From Octopus vulgaris (taxonomy: Eukaryota), in contig OX597820.1 of the NCBI GenBank assembly GCA_951406725.2, forward strand, positions 28,768,001 to 28,832,000: DNA of 64,000 nucleotides, written 5' to 3'. Numbering within the stretch: the stretch's first letter is position 1; every line of letters starts with the position of its first letter. Shown here piece by piece: positions 12,846 to 27,970 of the stretch. Both the position numbers and the translations under genes were made by a program. Under the pieces are notes generated by a model that was not told the origin of the DNA, ran no database searches, and worked only from the letters and a program-made list of their open reading frames with translations.

Positions 12846-15279
12846 TTATCCAGTGTTTTCTGGGCGATAGCTAGACACAGACATATAGTCGGGCCGATGA
12901 GTGAAAAGGAGGTTTCACTTTTAAATGGAAACCAAACACTTCATTATAAACGACATTGATAAACTGTTAAAAATTAAGTGTTACATGTTTCCAACAATGG
13001 CACAAGGCCAGAATTGAACCAACTTCATTGCTTATTTTACCATCCATCACTCCATTGGCAATTTCTACCTTTGGCACAAATTCACAAGTTTTCAGTCAGG
13101 AATGTGGTACGCATGACTAAGTCCGCTACAGTTCTTGGCTGATCTCTCTTTGATCGATACCGATCAATTGAAATACAAATTTGACCATTCTTGAGTTTGA
13201 ATTCTGATTCTAACGGGGCGTAACTCAATACGGTAAGGTATTTGGGTGTAAAGTGTATCCATTCAGTGATCCACCGCTATCTTAGCTAGTGTTGTAACAA
13301 CAGAAAGTTGTTGAGGTTATCGTTGTTTTTCTTTTTGTTTACCTTAGACTCGGTTTGTTTGAGCTGACCTATAGCGGCCTGCCATTTATCAGAATAGACA
13401 ATGAATCTTCAACTAGAAAGCTATTTTCCAGGGCGCATGACTTGCTGTTATTAATGTTGTAGTGAATCCCTCTCCCCACGTGTCCCCAGTGATGTTCAAA
13501 ATAAAGGCAAGTACCACCCAGTTGGTACCAGCAATGTCACTGCAGGTTGGCTGAGAGCATAAAAATCTGGGGTAAAACGCAGTCATACCATCTTGTCTTA
13601 ACACATGAGATACTATGTAAATCCAACCCCTTAAACGATCTATAAACCAATATATTTCAACGATGAACATCATTTTTGTTTTCTAAACGTAGGACAATAT
13701 TCTCCAACATATCCATTTTTTTTTTTTAGATAAGAGTTTCATTTACTGGAGTATGGCTATTGTTTCTAGACAGCGATCGACCACAAAGAGTTCCTTCGCT
13801 GGCTTGTAAAAATTTTGACAAATTATTAATAGGTGCACGGCCCAAAATTTTATTGTAAAGGATCAGTAAATTTGAACACACCTAAAACTTGAATGGTTGT
13901 CATTTGATCGAACCCGCAAGATTGCAATTCAAAGCTAACCTCGTCGGAATTTGGAACTCTATATGATGCTAGCTGATCTGTATGTGTGCATATGCCGATG
14001 CGTGTATAAGCAAAAAAAAAAACAGTAAACATGCAAACACGTGTAGTTAACATTATCAATACAACACAGTTAACGTAGGTGTGTTGTTCAAGCGCGAGAA
14101 GCAGTGGATTTTCGTCCTTTAAAATCTTTTTAAATACGTTAAATTCAAATTACGATGAACGTAAACAAACAAACGAAGTTTGCTTTAGAAGCATTGAAAT
14201 ATCTTAGAAAGTTAAAGAAGTGATTTTAAAATTCTCACACAGAATACACTTCAGAGCTAGGCTAAATGAAATCACCCCGGAAGTCATCAAGAGAGCGCCA
14301 GATACCGTATTTCACCTAATTGCAGCTTATCAATGCCGTATACGCGCGTCACTTCCGAAACGTAATCAGAATCGCTAGTCTGAAGTATAAATAGAGAGTG
14401 TGTAAACAATTTTCTGATTTGCAATCGCATCCCATAAGTAAATTAAATTCAGATAATTCTATAGAAGCAATTCTATAACGTAAACATTATCAACACCAAA
14501 TACAGAACGGTCGTGTATTGTTTAAACACCAGATGTTGTAGATTCTCGTCTGGGGAAATTTCTTTAAAGTCATATAGTGTTATTAATCACAATATATCCC
14601 AGAACTAGACGAAATGAAATCGCCTAGCAAGTGATCCTGAGAGCTGCAGATATATTTTAATTCTATGTTTTTAAAACACACGTATACTTTAAGTATGTGG
14701 TGTTCGCAGATTTTACATTAAACAGAAACTTTTATTGCATAATCTGAACATGTAGTTCAATATATCTACAGATTTAACATAGGAATAATCCTGTGACCTG
14801 ATCTAGTAAAAAAAAGTAAAAAAAAAAAAGACTTAAATGTTTAATATATATTGATATATATTGAGATGAGTGACAATATTGCAACATTGTCGGTGTACAA
14901 GGGAGATTATTCGATCATGTAATTTCGGAAGCAAATATTTTTGCGGAGACGAGTTTTGAAGGATTTTCGATTTATATATTATATTTCGTCGAATAAAATG
15001 CAAAAGTTGATTAGAAAATATTGCATTTTGACCCTTGACAGATGAATCTGACATTCTCCGAGAACGATGAAAGAAAGTAGATAATAAATAATCAATAAAA
15101 CTGAAAGAGCCTCAGGACTTCTTACCTAATGAATGTGATTGAAATGGCCAACCGTGTTTGCCAGTTATGTCTGAATGTGCATGCTCGCATACACACGCAG
15201 ATACACATGCGCGTACGCACAGACGTAAAATCGTCCGCATACACATATACATTTGTGCGTGTGTGTTTTGTATATATAT

Positions 15280-15350
<71 letters not shown>

Positions 15351-16009
15351 CATATACTTACATGTACATATATTAACATGGATATATAAATGTATGCATA
15401 TATATACCCACATGTACTTACATATTTACATGTAGGTGAGTATTAGACGTGTTGCTGCATCTCCATAAGCACAAGCAATTATCGACACATCATACATATA
15501 CGTATTTAACAATTGCTTACGTGTTCACGAGGTATTTGCGAAATACATACGTGCCTATGAATATATGTGTTTTCGTGTATGTGTATGTTTGGGCATGTGC
15601 GCGTGCATGTGGATGCTTATAATTATGTTTGTAAAAGTAGTTTTACTTGGATGTTGCCTAGATTTCAGCGAAAATCCAATCCATTTTTTATTCATGATTT
15701 ATGGAGATAGGAAGCCAAGGGATTCGTGAATTTCTGTATGCCGTTATATAAATTTTAATGCATGTAGCGCAGATACAAGAAGCTATTCTGCTAGAGAATG
15801 TGTGAATACATCATCAGCTTGAAATAAAATGTGACATGTTTGTTAAGCGTACAAGAGCTAACAAAAATAGTTTACTTCATTCAAAATATTTAACCGTTAT
15901 GTTGATATAATTTAAGAAAGGTACCAATTGCTGGATAGTCTGATAGATATTAAGCTACATATCCTTCGGGCTTCTGTCAAGTAGACTCAGCAGCAAGCAC
16001 TCTTTTATA

Positions 16010-16300
16010 TTGTTTGTTCCTTCTCGAGACATGCCTGGCTCATTAGGGCCGATTTCCCGTTTTTCTTGGCGTATAGGTTCTCCACCTGGACGGGGCACCG
16101 GTCCGTCATAGATGAGCTGCAAGATGCAGGAGGAAAGAGTGAGAGAAAGTTGTGGCGAAACAGTTAGCAGAAGTTCTCCATTACCTTCTGCCGGAGCCCC
16201 GTGGAGCTTAGGTTTTTCCCTCATAAACACATACATCGCCCGGTCTGAGATTCGAACCCGTGATCCCTCGACCGCGAGTCCGCTGCTCTAACCACTATGC
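16010..16300 (-). mobile_element. SINE-B variant with a tail-2-like 3' end
   Basis: Head shared with B (GGTTAGAGCAGCGGACTCGCGGTCG, GGGTTCGAATCTC). The tail resembles the copies at 50230-50520 and 54987-55272. Confidence 0.75.
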
Positions 16301-16599
16301 GGTTAAAGCCTCTACTCTCTTTTATATAAACCTTCACAATTTACTTAAAATATTCCAGCTAATCTTATTTCACTAAAACTGTGTTGGATGGGAAAGGTTT
16401 GCAGACCAAGCTCATAGAACGTGCCCGGCATGACAAGAACCAGTAGGATATTATGGTGACCACAAAGTTGTAGAGAGGTAGCGTCAAAGACGATGTGGAT
16501 AAGCTGTGAGATCTCGTAGAAATAGCCGCAGCTGGAGCAGTGATAAAAGGAAAGAAACTGGGGTTTGATCAACCTTGGCTTGGTTGCTTGGTCTAAAGC

Positions 16600-16737
16600 G
16601 TCTGATGTTCAAACATTTAAAACTCTAAAAAGCTAAAACTTGAAACACAATAATTCAAGGAAATATTTGGCTTAGGGTGTCTGATCTTCAAACATCTAAA
16701 ACTCGAAAGATCTAAAACTTAAAACTCAGTGATTCCG
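16600..16737. repeat. Two-copy ~80-bp imperfect tandem repeat
   Basis: GTCTGATGTTCAAACATTTAAAACTC (~16600) versus GTCTGATCTTCAAACATCTAAAACTC (~16679). Confidence 0.7.
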
Positions 16738-16740
16738 ATT

Positions 16741-17274
16741 GGGAGTGGCTGTGTGGTAAGTAGCTTGCTCATGAACCACATGGTTCCGTGTTCAGTCCTA
16801 CTGCGTGGTACCTTGGGCAAGTGTCTTCTACTATAGCCTCGGGCCGACCAAAGTCTTGTGAGAGGATTTGGTAGACGGAAACTGAAAGAAGCCCGTCTTA
16901 TACGTATATGTATGTATGTATGTATGTGTGTATGTATATGCTTGCGTGTCTGTGTTTTTCCCCCTAGCATCACTTGACAACCGATGCTAGTGTGTATATA
17001 TATGTTTGTGTGTCTGTGTTTGTCCCCCCAACATCGCTTGACAACCGATGCTGGTGTGTATATATATGTTTGTGTGTCTGTGTTTGTCCCCCCAACATCA
17101 CTTGACAACCGATGCTGGTTTGTTTATGTCCCCGTAACTTAGCGGTTCGGCAAAAGAGACCGATAGAATAAGTACTAGGCTTACAAAGAATAAGTCCTGG
17201 AGTCGATTTTCTCGACTAAAGGCGGTGCTCCAGCATAGCCACAGTAAAATGACTGAAACAAGTAAAAGAGTAAA
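16741..17274 (+). mobile_element. SINE-C full-length copy with an internal ~62-bp triplication
   Basis: tRNA-like head TGGCTGTGTGGTAAG...GTTCAGTCC, CORE-like CCTTGGGCAAGT, three copies of CTTGACAACCGATGCT and tail GGTGCTCCAGCAT...GACTGAAACAAGTAAAAGAG. Confidence 0.9.
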
Positions 17275-17579
17275 TGATATGTCCTGTTATATCACAGAGC
17301 ATTGTAAGGAAAAGTGTTGACATATCTGCAGTAAAACAAAATGAGATTCAGGTAAATGAAAAATCTTTCATCTTATAAAGTGATGAATATAAAGTGGTCA
17401 CAGTATTTCGGGTACATGCATGGTTGTGCGATTAAGAATTCTGTATTGCAACCACGTGGTTTCAGTTTCAATCCACTGCACGGCACCTTGCAAACGCCCC
17501 ATACCGACGAAAACTGAGAAGGCGGTCCTAGATGGAAAGAAATGCAGAGAGGGTGAGGGAGGGAGAGACGGAAAGAGAC

Positions 17580-17599
17580 AGACAGAGATAGACAGACAA

Positions 17600-17661
<62 letters not shown>

Positions 17662-17773
17662 GGGCAGGCAGGCAGACAGACAGACAGACTGACAGACAGG
17701 CAGACAGGCAGACAGGCAGACAGACTGACAGACAGGCAGACAGGCAGACAGGCAGACAGACAGACAGACAGAC

Positions 17774-17840
<67 letters not shown>

Positions 17841-17875
17841 CAGCCAGACAAGCAGACAAACAGACAGACAGACAG

Positions 17876-17953
<78 letters not shown>
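17580..17953. repeat. (GATA)n/(GACA)n/(GGCAGACA)n compound microsatellite, lying within decayed SINE-C remnants (~17418-18190)
   Basis: Read directly; the flanks resemble the SINE-C head and tail. Confidence 0.85.
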
Positions 17954-18262
17954 GTATACGTACATAAACAGACACACACACACACAAGAACATATACACG
18001 CATATGCATTCGTGTGTTTGTGTTTGCCCTCATCCCACTGCTTGACAGCCGGTGTTGGTTTGTGTAGGTTCCCGTAAATTAACGATTCAGTAAAATGTCC
18101 GATTGAATAGATACCAAATCCGAAAGGAAACAGATCAGCGATGATATGTTCGACAAATACTTAAGGCTGCACTCTAGAATCACTGCAGTCTCCTCAAAAT
18201 GTCAGGCCTCGTGCCTATAGAACAAAAAATATGATTATTATTAAATTGTTAGATGAATTTTT

Positions 18263-18850
18263 AAAGCAGGAAGCTGACAGAATCGTAAGCACGCCGGATA
18301 AAAAATGCTTACCAGTATTTCGTCTGCCGCTACGTTCTGAGTTCAAATTCCGCCGAGGTCGACTTTACTTTTCATCCTTACGAGGTCGATTAAAGAAGTA
18401 CCAGTTACGCACTGGGGTCGATATAATCGACTTAATCCGTTTGTCTGTCCTTGTTTGTCCTTTCTATGTTTAGCCCCTTGTGGGTAGTAAGGAAATAGGT
18501 ATTTCCTCTGCCGCTACGTTCTGAATTCAAATTCCGCCGAGGTCGACTTTGCTTTCATCCTTTCGGGGTCGATAAATTAAGTTCAAATTATGCACTGGGG
18601 TCAGTGTCATCGACTTAATCCGTTTGTCTGTCCTTGTTTGTCCTTTCTGTGTTTAGCTCCTTGTGGGTAGTAAAGAAATAGGTATTTCCTCTGCCATTAT
18701 TTTATAAGTTCAAATTCCACCGATGTTTACTTTTCCTTTTACCCTTTCGGGGTCGATAAATTAAGTACCAGTATAACACTGGGGTCAATGTAATCGACTA
18801 CTCCCCACGACAATTAAACTTTAGGCCTTGTGCCTATAATAGAAAAGGGT
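18263..18850 (+). mobile_element. SINE-A three-unit array (tail 1, tail 1, tail 2)
   Basis: Period is ~183 bp; units 2 and 3 both start GGTATTTCCTCTGCC (18498 and 18681). Confidence 0.9.
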
Positions 18851-19351
18851 TATTTGCTATATAAATCAACTGGGTGTTTTGAAAGTCCTGTTCGTAGTTA
18901 AAAATATAATATTTATACCAGGTACAATATTAATCTCTTAAACACTTTTCAAAAATATATTTCGAAATTAAAATATCAACTGAACATTGCTCATCTATGA
19001 GGAAAAGGAATACTGATGCTATCCGAAATATTTCCATTTTATAAGCCTTCGTATACTTTGGTCATTTCAATGAAAACTTAACGCAGTGGGACTCTATTCC
19101 ATGCAAATATCAGAAAAGTGGGTACATCCTGGATGGGACAGAATAAGAGCGTAGATATTAAACCACTTAATTGTCCAATTAAGTAATCTGCAGGATTAAG
19201 TAATATGCTATTTGGAAAAATATGATGATTATCAGGAAAGATGTTTGTAAAACTGTATTCGGTAATAAGGAATGTTGGAAATTCTGTTCTGGTATAATCA
19301 TATGTTCAGCTGCCCTCTACAGGCATATATGAACACATATGTGCATATATG

Positions 19352-19422
<71 letters not shown>

Positions 19423-19657
19423 TTTCAGTTCGTTTATGGGAAACGTTTTGAATATGCATATAAAAGCTCCTTTTTTATTATGCCGGCTAAAGCGTTATGA
19501 TACCAACTATCAATAACAGTTTTTGCGGCTTGCAGCGAGTTGTGCCGATAAAATGTACGATAAATATACAAACTAACACTAATAACAACCATAATAATCT
19601 ATGAATGGAATTTGCGCGTAGCGATGCATTAAAATATTTATAAATTCCATCCATGGA

Positions 19658-19850
<193 letters not shown>

Positions 19851-20358
19851 TATGATATATATATATATATATACTCATACATACATATATACATGTATAC
19901 ATATAAAAGAGATGAAGAAGAGAAAATGGATTGAACGATATTCTTCATTTCACATCACAATTGTTTGCACACATCTCTTCAATCCATTTTCCCCCTCATT
20001 CATCTCTTTATCTAAACTCGACGGATACTATAGAATTCCAGATGTATATCCAATGACAGGTGTATTGACATCCGGTAGCTAATTAACATGGACAAGATTT
20101 GTATAACATACGGCAAGTTTTCTACCCATTATTATTCAACTCTTGCACACACACGCACGCATACACACGAACGCACACGCACACACTCACATAATGTTTG
20201 TTTTATGTATCTGTGTGTTCACACAAAGACAGACACACACAGACACACGCGCACACACATGCATATATGTTTGTACGTATGTAATACACACACACATATA
20301 TATATATACATATATATACATATATATCTATATATATCTATATATCTATCTATCTTTC

Positions 20359-20429
<71 letters not shown>

Positions 20430-21609
20430 GTAAATATATATCAGAGTGGCAATGGAGGGGATTCTCAGTTCCAAATGCATTGTACGTTAGATATATTAAG
20501 TAATTTTTCGAAGGTATTTATGATCTAAAAATTTCTGCTTTTCTAATCGCCTAATTATTTCCAGTTTGTTTGTTAATGGTCCCTGCATTAAATACGTTAA
20601 CACTAATCTAACCATTGTTTCGTTTCTTATTAAAATGGCGCCTTTGTTTAGTTTATTCTCTGAACAACAATCAAATTCTCAATTATCTCTGACGCTAACA
20701 TTGATGGAGCAACTAGAAACATATATGGGAAGCTAGACGAAATTAGTTATGCTCAATGACTTTACGACATGCCATAAAGACAAGGTCGTACACCACGAGA
20801 AGCAAAACCGTATTAATGTGACATTTATAGCTAGAATAAATAATATTCTGATAATAGACATCGCCATTTGGAAGTTATATGATGACCAATTACGTGTTCG
20901 ACTTTCAAAGGTTTAGATATGAAATTCAGAGACAGATAAAATTGAAAATAGTGAAGTTTAGTAACAGGCATAGTTAATGTGGTTACAATAATATAGGGTT
21001 ATATCTGAATTAAGGGATAGTTTTAGAATTAAATTTTGCTGCGTTTCTTTATTTTTTTTTTTTGCTTCGTTTGCTTTTCATGTATACGATATTGTAAATG
21101 CTTTTATAATCTCGCCATCCATTTATATTTCTGCAATAGATGAGTTTTAAATGTTAGTGAATGCGAGCGTTGATATGGTTTACAAAATAAATACATGTGT
21201 AAGAAATTATGTATAATAGATATATATATTATACATATATATGTGTGTGTGTGTGTGCGTGCGTGTGTATAGATATATATATGTGTTTGTATGTTTATAT
21301 GTTTGTTTGTCTGTATGTATGTATGCTTTCATTTATATATGTATGTATGTACTTATGTATGTATATGTGTATGTATGTATGTATGTATGTATGTATGTAT
21401 GTATGATGTATGTATGTATGTATGTATGTATGTATGTATGTATGTATGTATGTATGTATGTATGTATGTACATGTGTTAAAATGGCGATACCTTTATTGT
21501 CTTCTACTATGGACACGTATTCAAAAAAACATTCTGAAAAAAATTTATCGATGGAACTTGCGAGGTGTATGTTTTGTGTGTGTGTGTGTGTGTGTGTGTA
21601 CGCGTATAT

Positions 21610-22020
21610 ATCTTAGCTCTTACATCCTCCAGTGATACCAACACAACGGCCCATGACTCTTCCCCAAACAAACTAATTGCTGGATTTCTACTTAACACAG
21701 AACGTCACCCATCGTTATCATGTTGTTCTGGAACGAACTGCGCGGCGTCTTCCTGCAACTATCCCTCCGACTTTTGTCTATTTCCCACGTCCACTCCATC
21801 GCGATAGTAAGATGGCCAGCAATTAGTATCCGCCGCTTAATCACCACGTCCTGCAAATGTCCCGCGCCAGCCCTTCTCATAACCTCTTGTTTCTTACTCT
21901 ATTACGGTAAGAGATGCCAAGATCTACTCGCAGACTGGGTTGATAGAACAAGTGCAGCACCTTTAAGATCTTCGCTGTCTTCGTCCAGATATTACAGGCT
22001 GTTGTATGCAGAAGCATGTG
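21610..22020 (-). mobile_element. Decayed RTE-clade LINE 3' fragment
   Basis: With frameshifts it reads LLHTTAC-IWTKTAKILKVLHLFYQPSLRVDLGISYRNRVRNKEVMRRAG...KRRILIAGHL...AMEW, matching the RTE post-RT pattern YGCETW...RILGISWRDRV.NEEV..R...GH. Confidence 0.75.
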
Positions 22021-22393
22021 TGCGTGTGTACGTTTGTGTGCTTGCAAACGCAAGGTCCCGGTTTTGATGAAGCTGCGTGACACCCAGTAAAAATTTCATT
22101 TTGTGTAACGTTAGGTCGAGCCTTACCTTATGAATGAAATTAGATGGAAACTGAACAGAAGCCCGTCTGAGAGATGGTAACTATAATTCAAAAGGTTCAG
22201 CCATGTTAAACTGATTCTATCTGAGAATCACATTGAGTGTACATTTAGTTGTAGAATGCACTTTAATTCGAGAGTAGATATTTCTGTTATTTCAACACTT
22301 GACTCGTCATTCCCGATCTATGGAGATCCACCACAGTTAGCCACACACAAATCGCGCACACACACACGTATATATATATATAATTATATATAT

Positions 22394-22446
<53 letters not shown>

Positions 22447-22617
22447 TATAAATAAAGGTATCTAAAAGATACCACATTGCTAGATATAGCAGTCAAAACT
22501 TGACTCTAAAACAACATTAAATGTTCATACAGCACCAGTAATAATTATTATTACTTATGAGGTTTTAATCCCATGCTAGCCACTTGATATGATCGGTATT
22601 TTAAATAACGATCTTAT

Positions 22618-22694
<77 letters not shown>

Positions 22695-22695
<1 letters not shown>

Positions 22696-22936
22696 GGAGA
22701 ATTCACACACAAAAAAACAAAAGACGAAGACAGGTGGTGTAGACAACAAACAGATGTATTAGTATAACGCTCGGGAAGTGAAAAAGTCTTAAACGTTTCG
22801 AGCCTACGCTCTTCTACAGAAAGGAACACGGAAAGAAACAAGGAGAGAAAATAAAGAATGTGTAGTGACTTGCGATCTATCATGGCTAATGCCGGGCAAA
22901 AGGGTCACACAGGACTGCTAGGAAGAAGGGGAGATA

Positions 22937-22938
<2 letters not shown>
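22695..22938 (-). mobile_element. Probable Penelope-like element terminal-repeat remnant with a degenerate minimal hammerhead motif
   Basis: Minus-strand CTGTAGA-A-GAGC-GTAG-GCTC-GAAAC-G at 22794-22819, bracketed by microsatellites. Confidence 0.45.
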
Positions 22939-22967
<29 letters not shown>

Positions 22968-25859
22968 ATTGTATCGTGTGAGCCTATGAATATGTATATA
23001 TTTTTTAAATAAACGTCTATAGCATAATAGCGTACTAAGGAGATTCGATTGCAATAAAATAAATGAAGATTACTCTTAGTTTTTTGTTTTGTTTCGTTGT
23101 TATGGCTGCACATATGTATTTAGCAAACCCAGAACTAATAACGTATGTGTATGCCAAAGGAGTGGGCTTCACGGACACCGTTTGTAATTCCACTGTGGTG
23201 AATGTGTCGTGGCATTTATCAACCGGTGTCTCACTGCCCTGCAGTGGTTAAGAACTAGGGGCGAAGGAAAAAGATTTGGTTAGTATAGAACCCCCGTCCT
23301 TTACTACACAACTACGTTACTTGCTTGTAGGTTGCCCACGAATTTACAAAAATGTATCACGAAATGAAATTAAATAAAAGAATTGCATTATTTAACAGCA
23401 CTCGATTTTATTTTTTAAAATTCCACAAAAAGGAAATGAAAGAATTGAAGAGATTAATTCTTGAAGCTTTCTTAGCAACAAAATAGAAACTAAAAATCAG
23501 AACGCTGATATATCACACATGAAAGAACTCATGAAATATCCCAGAATCTTTAAAGAAATCAGTTACTGAAGATTTTATCAGTTATAGCAGTATTTATCTT
23601 ATGCATACATGCAAAACTACACACATTGATGTATGCGTGTGCGAGCGTGTGTATGTGTGTGCTCCCGCACATGTTTCAATGTAAGTTATTTTTCTGTATA
23701 TGTATTTTCAAAGAATTTGGTAATACTCTGTACAAGAGCTAGAAAACCAAACTTCGAGAAACTGCTACCAATGAATCACCCTGGAGATAAAGTGATTCAA
23801 ATCTTCTGGTCGAAGAATTTAATTTCATGTTCTACCCTCGAATAAATTATAAATCTTTATATTCTTTGTTTATTTATCTCATTTATTTATTTATTTATCT
23901 GTCTCATTCCGGTTCGACATTCTGCGAAATTTATTTACTTTATTTTGGGAGGAAGATAGATAGTAAAGTCGACAGTAATAAATGTTAAAATGATTTAGAA
24001 ACTGAAAATATCTCCACTGAGTTTAAACACCAAATACTGTGTATAAAATGAACATCTATAGATTAAATTCCTGGAAAGATATTTATTTTTAGATAGATTT
24101 TACACCACGAAAATATATCTTAAAATAGTGGGCGTCCTGCAAAGTATGATATATACTTTATTGATTAATCTAATTGAAAGTGAGATCGCAACGGCAGATT
24201 CGATATAGCATAAAAAATAGGAACCATAGCTGTCAATCGCTATCGTGTACGCTTTAGTAAAATGTACCATACTCGAGTTAATTGTCTTATGCGTCTACAA
24301 AATGACGAACAGATGCAGACGTCCCTCCCAAACTTGAGCCAGTGGATTATAGAAAAAGTGACATTGCACTAGACTGGCACTTTTTTTTCGGCCGAGTAGA
24401 TTAGAATAATGTGAAGTGAAATATCTTGCTCAAAAACACAGCGTAGCCACGGTCTGATATCGAACCTATACCCTTACACTTGAGAACTCAATAACCTAAA
24501 GACTACGCCACACGCCTTCACAGTGCGAAAGAAAGCATAAAGAGAAGCATGGACAACACTGAAGCGTTGTTCATACTACTCTTTACACTTATTCGTCTCT
24601 GCTTAACTCTGATCCAGTAAATATATGATCGAAGGTATTCCATATGTGATCATCCCGTCTTTTAGGGTGTATCTCTAGAACTGCATTGCAATTTGCAATC
24701 CATTATATAAGCTAAAAGACAGTGATTTGAAGGAGATTTTGGCTGCTATTTTTACCAGTTCAAGTAACCGAGTAAATTCTTCGCTGTTATCTCGCAAATC
24801 AATTTCACTTAAAACTGTTGCAGCTACTACTATAGTTATTGCCGAGTAGTCCCATGCTAGAGATCATTGTACATCTAACCACTGTCCCTCTTTTCCTCTT
24901 TTCCCTAAACAGTTTCAATAGGACAATATTATTAAGAATATTTTTTTGGAAGATAGTAGGTTCTTACTTGATAGATATTTGGCTGCTATATTTAGCAGCT
25001 TTATTAATCATGTAAGCAGCTCTTTGTTGTTCGCCGAACGGTGCATTTTGAATTAGCATATGTTTTAAATTGTGTTACTCAAACTTGAGAGATGGTGACA
25101 CAGCTTCAGAATAATTCAAATGTATCATTATTACATTTTTTTACGTTATACCTCCTTGCACCGCTTTTCTTTTGCGTAATCCCCTTTAACGGGGTCGAGT
25201 TTAGAGAACGAGAGAGGGAGAGAAGGGAGAGGAAGAAAGGGAGACAGACTGAGGGTGAGAGAGGGAGACAGAAAGAGGGAGAGAATGATAGGAAGTGTGT
25301 GTATGAGTGAATGAGAGAATGCGTTCGAATGATGGATTTGTCGTGTGAAGACGCGTGGCGTAGCTCTTAACGTGTTGCGTTCACGATCATTGATTCATGG
25401 TTTCAATTCTTAGACCGGTGGGTGAGTTCTGTCCCTGTTGCTCCAATCTGTTAGGCAAAAATGAGCCCCAACTGAGTGTTTGTAAAACTCTCACTTCCTC
25501 CATCTATCATATTTGAACTGAGAATGCACAGCATTCTCTGACGTTTTAAAGATTCTAACAGATCGCCGCCCTCAGATTACATAAATAACGGTTTTTAATT
25601 TAGACACAAAGTCAGAAGTTTTTAGGGAATTGGTTAAGCTGAGACTATCAACAACAGTACTTGACTGATACTTCATTTTATCAACTCTTGGAGATAGAGT
25701 GAACGACGAAGTTGACAAGAGTAGGATTCGAACACAGAACGTAAAACGCCGAAATTAATACTGCAGGACATTTTGCCACAACGTTTGTTAATCTACGGTT
25801 AAAAGATCAATTCAGCAGTTTCACTTTTTTCTTTTTAAAACTTGGTATCTGAAAATGTG

Positions 25860-26105
25860 TCTTTTGCCTAAATGCTAAATTACGCGGACGTAAACGAAAT
25901 AACACAGGTTAATAAGTGGTGTTATAAACAAAGAAGAGCAAACACACATCTAAATATGAGTGTATGTATGTATGTATGTATGTATATATATATATATACA
26001 TATATATATATTAAGTGTATCTGTATGTATACATATATATGTGTGTATATATACATACATATGTATGTATATATTTACATATGCATATATATGTGTATAT
26101 ATAAA

Positions 26106-26142
<37 letters not shown>

Positions 26143-26305
26143 ATATATTTATATGACAGGCTTCTACACAGTTTCCTTCTACAAAATGACATTGTTCTCG
26201 TCACGGGGTTATAACAGAAGATACTTCCACAAGAGACAGTGTTGTGGGATTGAACCCAAGACTACGTGGATATGAAGCGAACTTCTCAACCACAAACACA
26301 TGCTT
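25860..26305 (-). mobile_element. Decayed SINE-C with expanded internal microsatellite
   Basis: TTTTGCCTAAATGCTAAATTACGCGGACGTAAAC, ATGACAGGCTTCTACACAGTTTCC and GTGGGATTGAACCC. Confidence 0.6.
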
Positions 26306-26825
26306 GCACCTATCCAATGCTTTGGGGTCGTTTCTCCACATGTAAAATTTATCAAAAGCTAGTAAGAATAGTGTATTCCTACGTTTTTAAGAGAATAGCT
26401 TTTAGGTTTGAAGAATTCGCTACTAATTTTAGTAAATCAAGAGACAGCGTTGATGTTACTCAAAGATTATTTTAAAAGGATTTTACGACAATATTAATGC
26501 CTGCACCAGGCATTACAGAAACAACAATGTTCACCGAATCTAATTCCATTAAAAGATATTGGTATGGTTCTATGTGTGTACGTGTAAAAGAGAAACGATA
26601 AGAGAGATAAAGAGTGAAAGAGAAAGTGAGTGGGAGAGACACAGAGAAAGGGAGAGGAAGAGACAAGGAGAGCGGAAGCGAGTATAACGATATTAACAAA
26701 TGTTTTAAATCACTCTGTTCCAACAAATTCCCTATAAAATTGAATTTTGTTGACATAACTACAATTAGAGATTAAAGCGTGTGCAATATTTACGTACATA
26801 TATACATAACAGTAAGTCTACGTCA

Positions 26826-27073
26826 ATATATATATATATATATATTAAATATATATATATATATATATATTTATCTATGTATGTATATATATAGATATAG
26901 ATATATATATGTGTGTGTGTGTATGTATATTTATGTATGTATGTATGTATGTATATATATATATATTTATGTATTTATATATTTATGTATATATATATAT
27001 ATATATATTTATATATTTATGTATATATATATATATATATATATTTATGTATGTATATATTTATGTATGTATA

Positions 27074-27120
<47 letters not shown>

Positions 27121-27360
27121 TATACATACACACACATATATACATATTAATATCGTTATCGATATTGCTATTGATATATTGGTATGCATGTGCGTACGTA
27201 TGTTTATTGGAGAATTACAGTTTGAATGCACATGCATAGACACACGCATCGATGTATGGATATGAATGTGTGCGTATGTTGTGTGTGTGCGTGTGTGTGT
27301 ATGTGCTTGTGTAGGTGTGTGCGTGTGTGTGTCTGTGTTTGAGTGTGCGTGTGTGCGCAC
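26826..27360. repeat. (TA)n/(TG)n low-complexity tracts
   Basis: Read directly from the sequence. Confidence 0.9.
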
Positions 27361-27877
27361 GTTAATAATTTTGATTTCTTTTCGTGTTTGATCTCAGATC
27401 TCGCCTTTCAAATTCTATATACATTAGTTTAAACATATTACTGTATCTGTTAGTATATATATGTGTGTATACACACAAGCATGCACACATATACAAGTAT
27501 ACACATACGTGTATATTATATTATATTATATTATATTATATTATATTATATTATAATGTATTGTATATCATAATAATATCTCATGGCATTATATATTGTT
27601 ATATATATATATATATATATATACATACATACACACATACGCACACGCACACATACAAGCATACACATACACACAAATACATACACACGCGCGCACATAA
27701 ACACACGCATAATCACATAATTTAATTTGTCAGGGACCGATGCATCATACATTGCTTACCTAACTTTATCGTGTGTAAGGATTATTAAAAACATCATTAC
27801 GTGTTATATCGATCTTGAAAACACTTAATAACTTCATTGGATTTTTATTATTATTATCATTATCATTATTATTATTA

Positions 27878-27923
<46 letters not shown>

Positions 27924-27970
27924 AACTATTATTATTACAATGGTTATTATCATTATTATTATTATTACTA

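Noticed and set aside
15126-15170. Possible 45-nt minus-strand exon (CAG...AG|GTAAG)
   Set aside because: No polypyrimidine tract and no recognisable peptide.
16345-16572. Purine-rich segment weakly resembling an RTE 3' end or an exon
   Set aside because: Only a few residues of similarity, and they need a frameshift.
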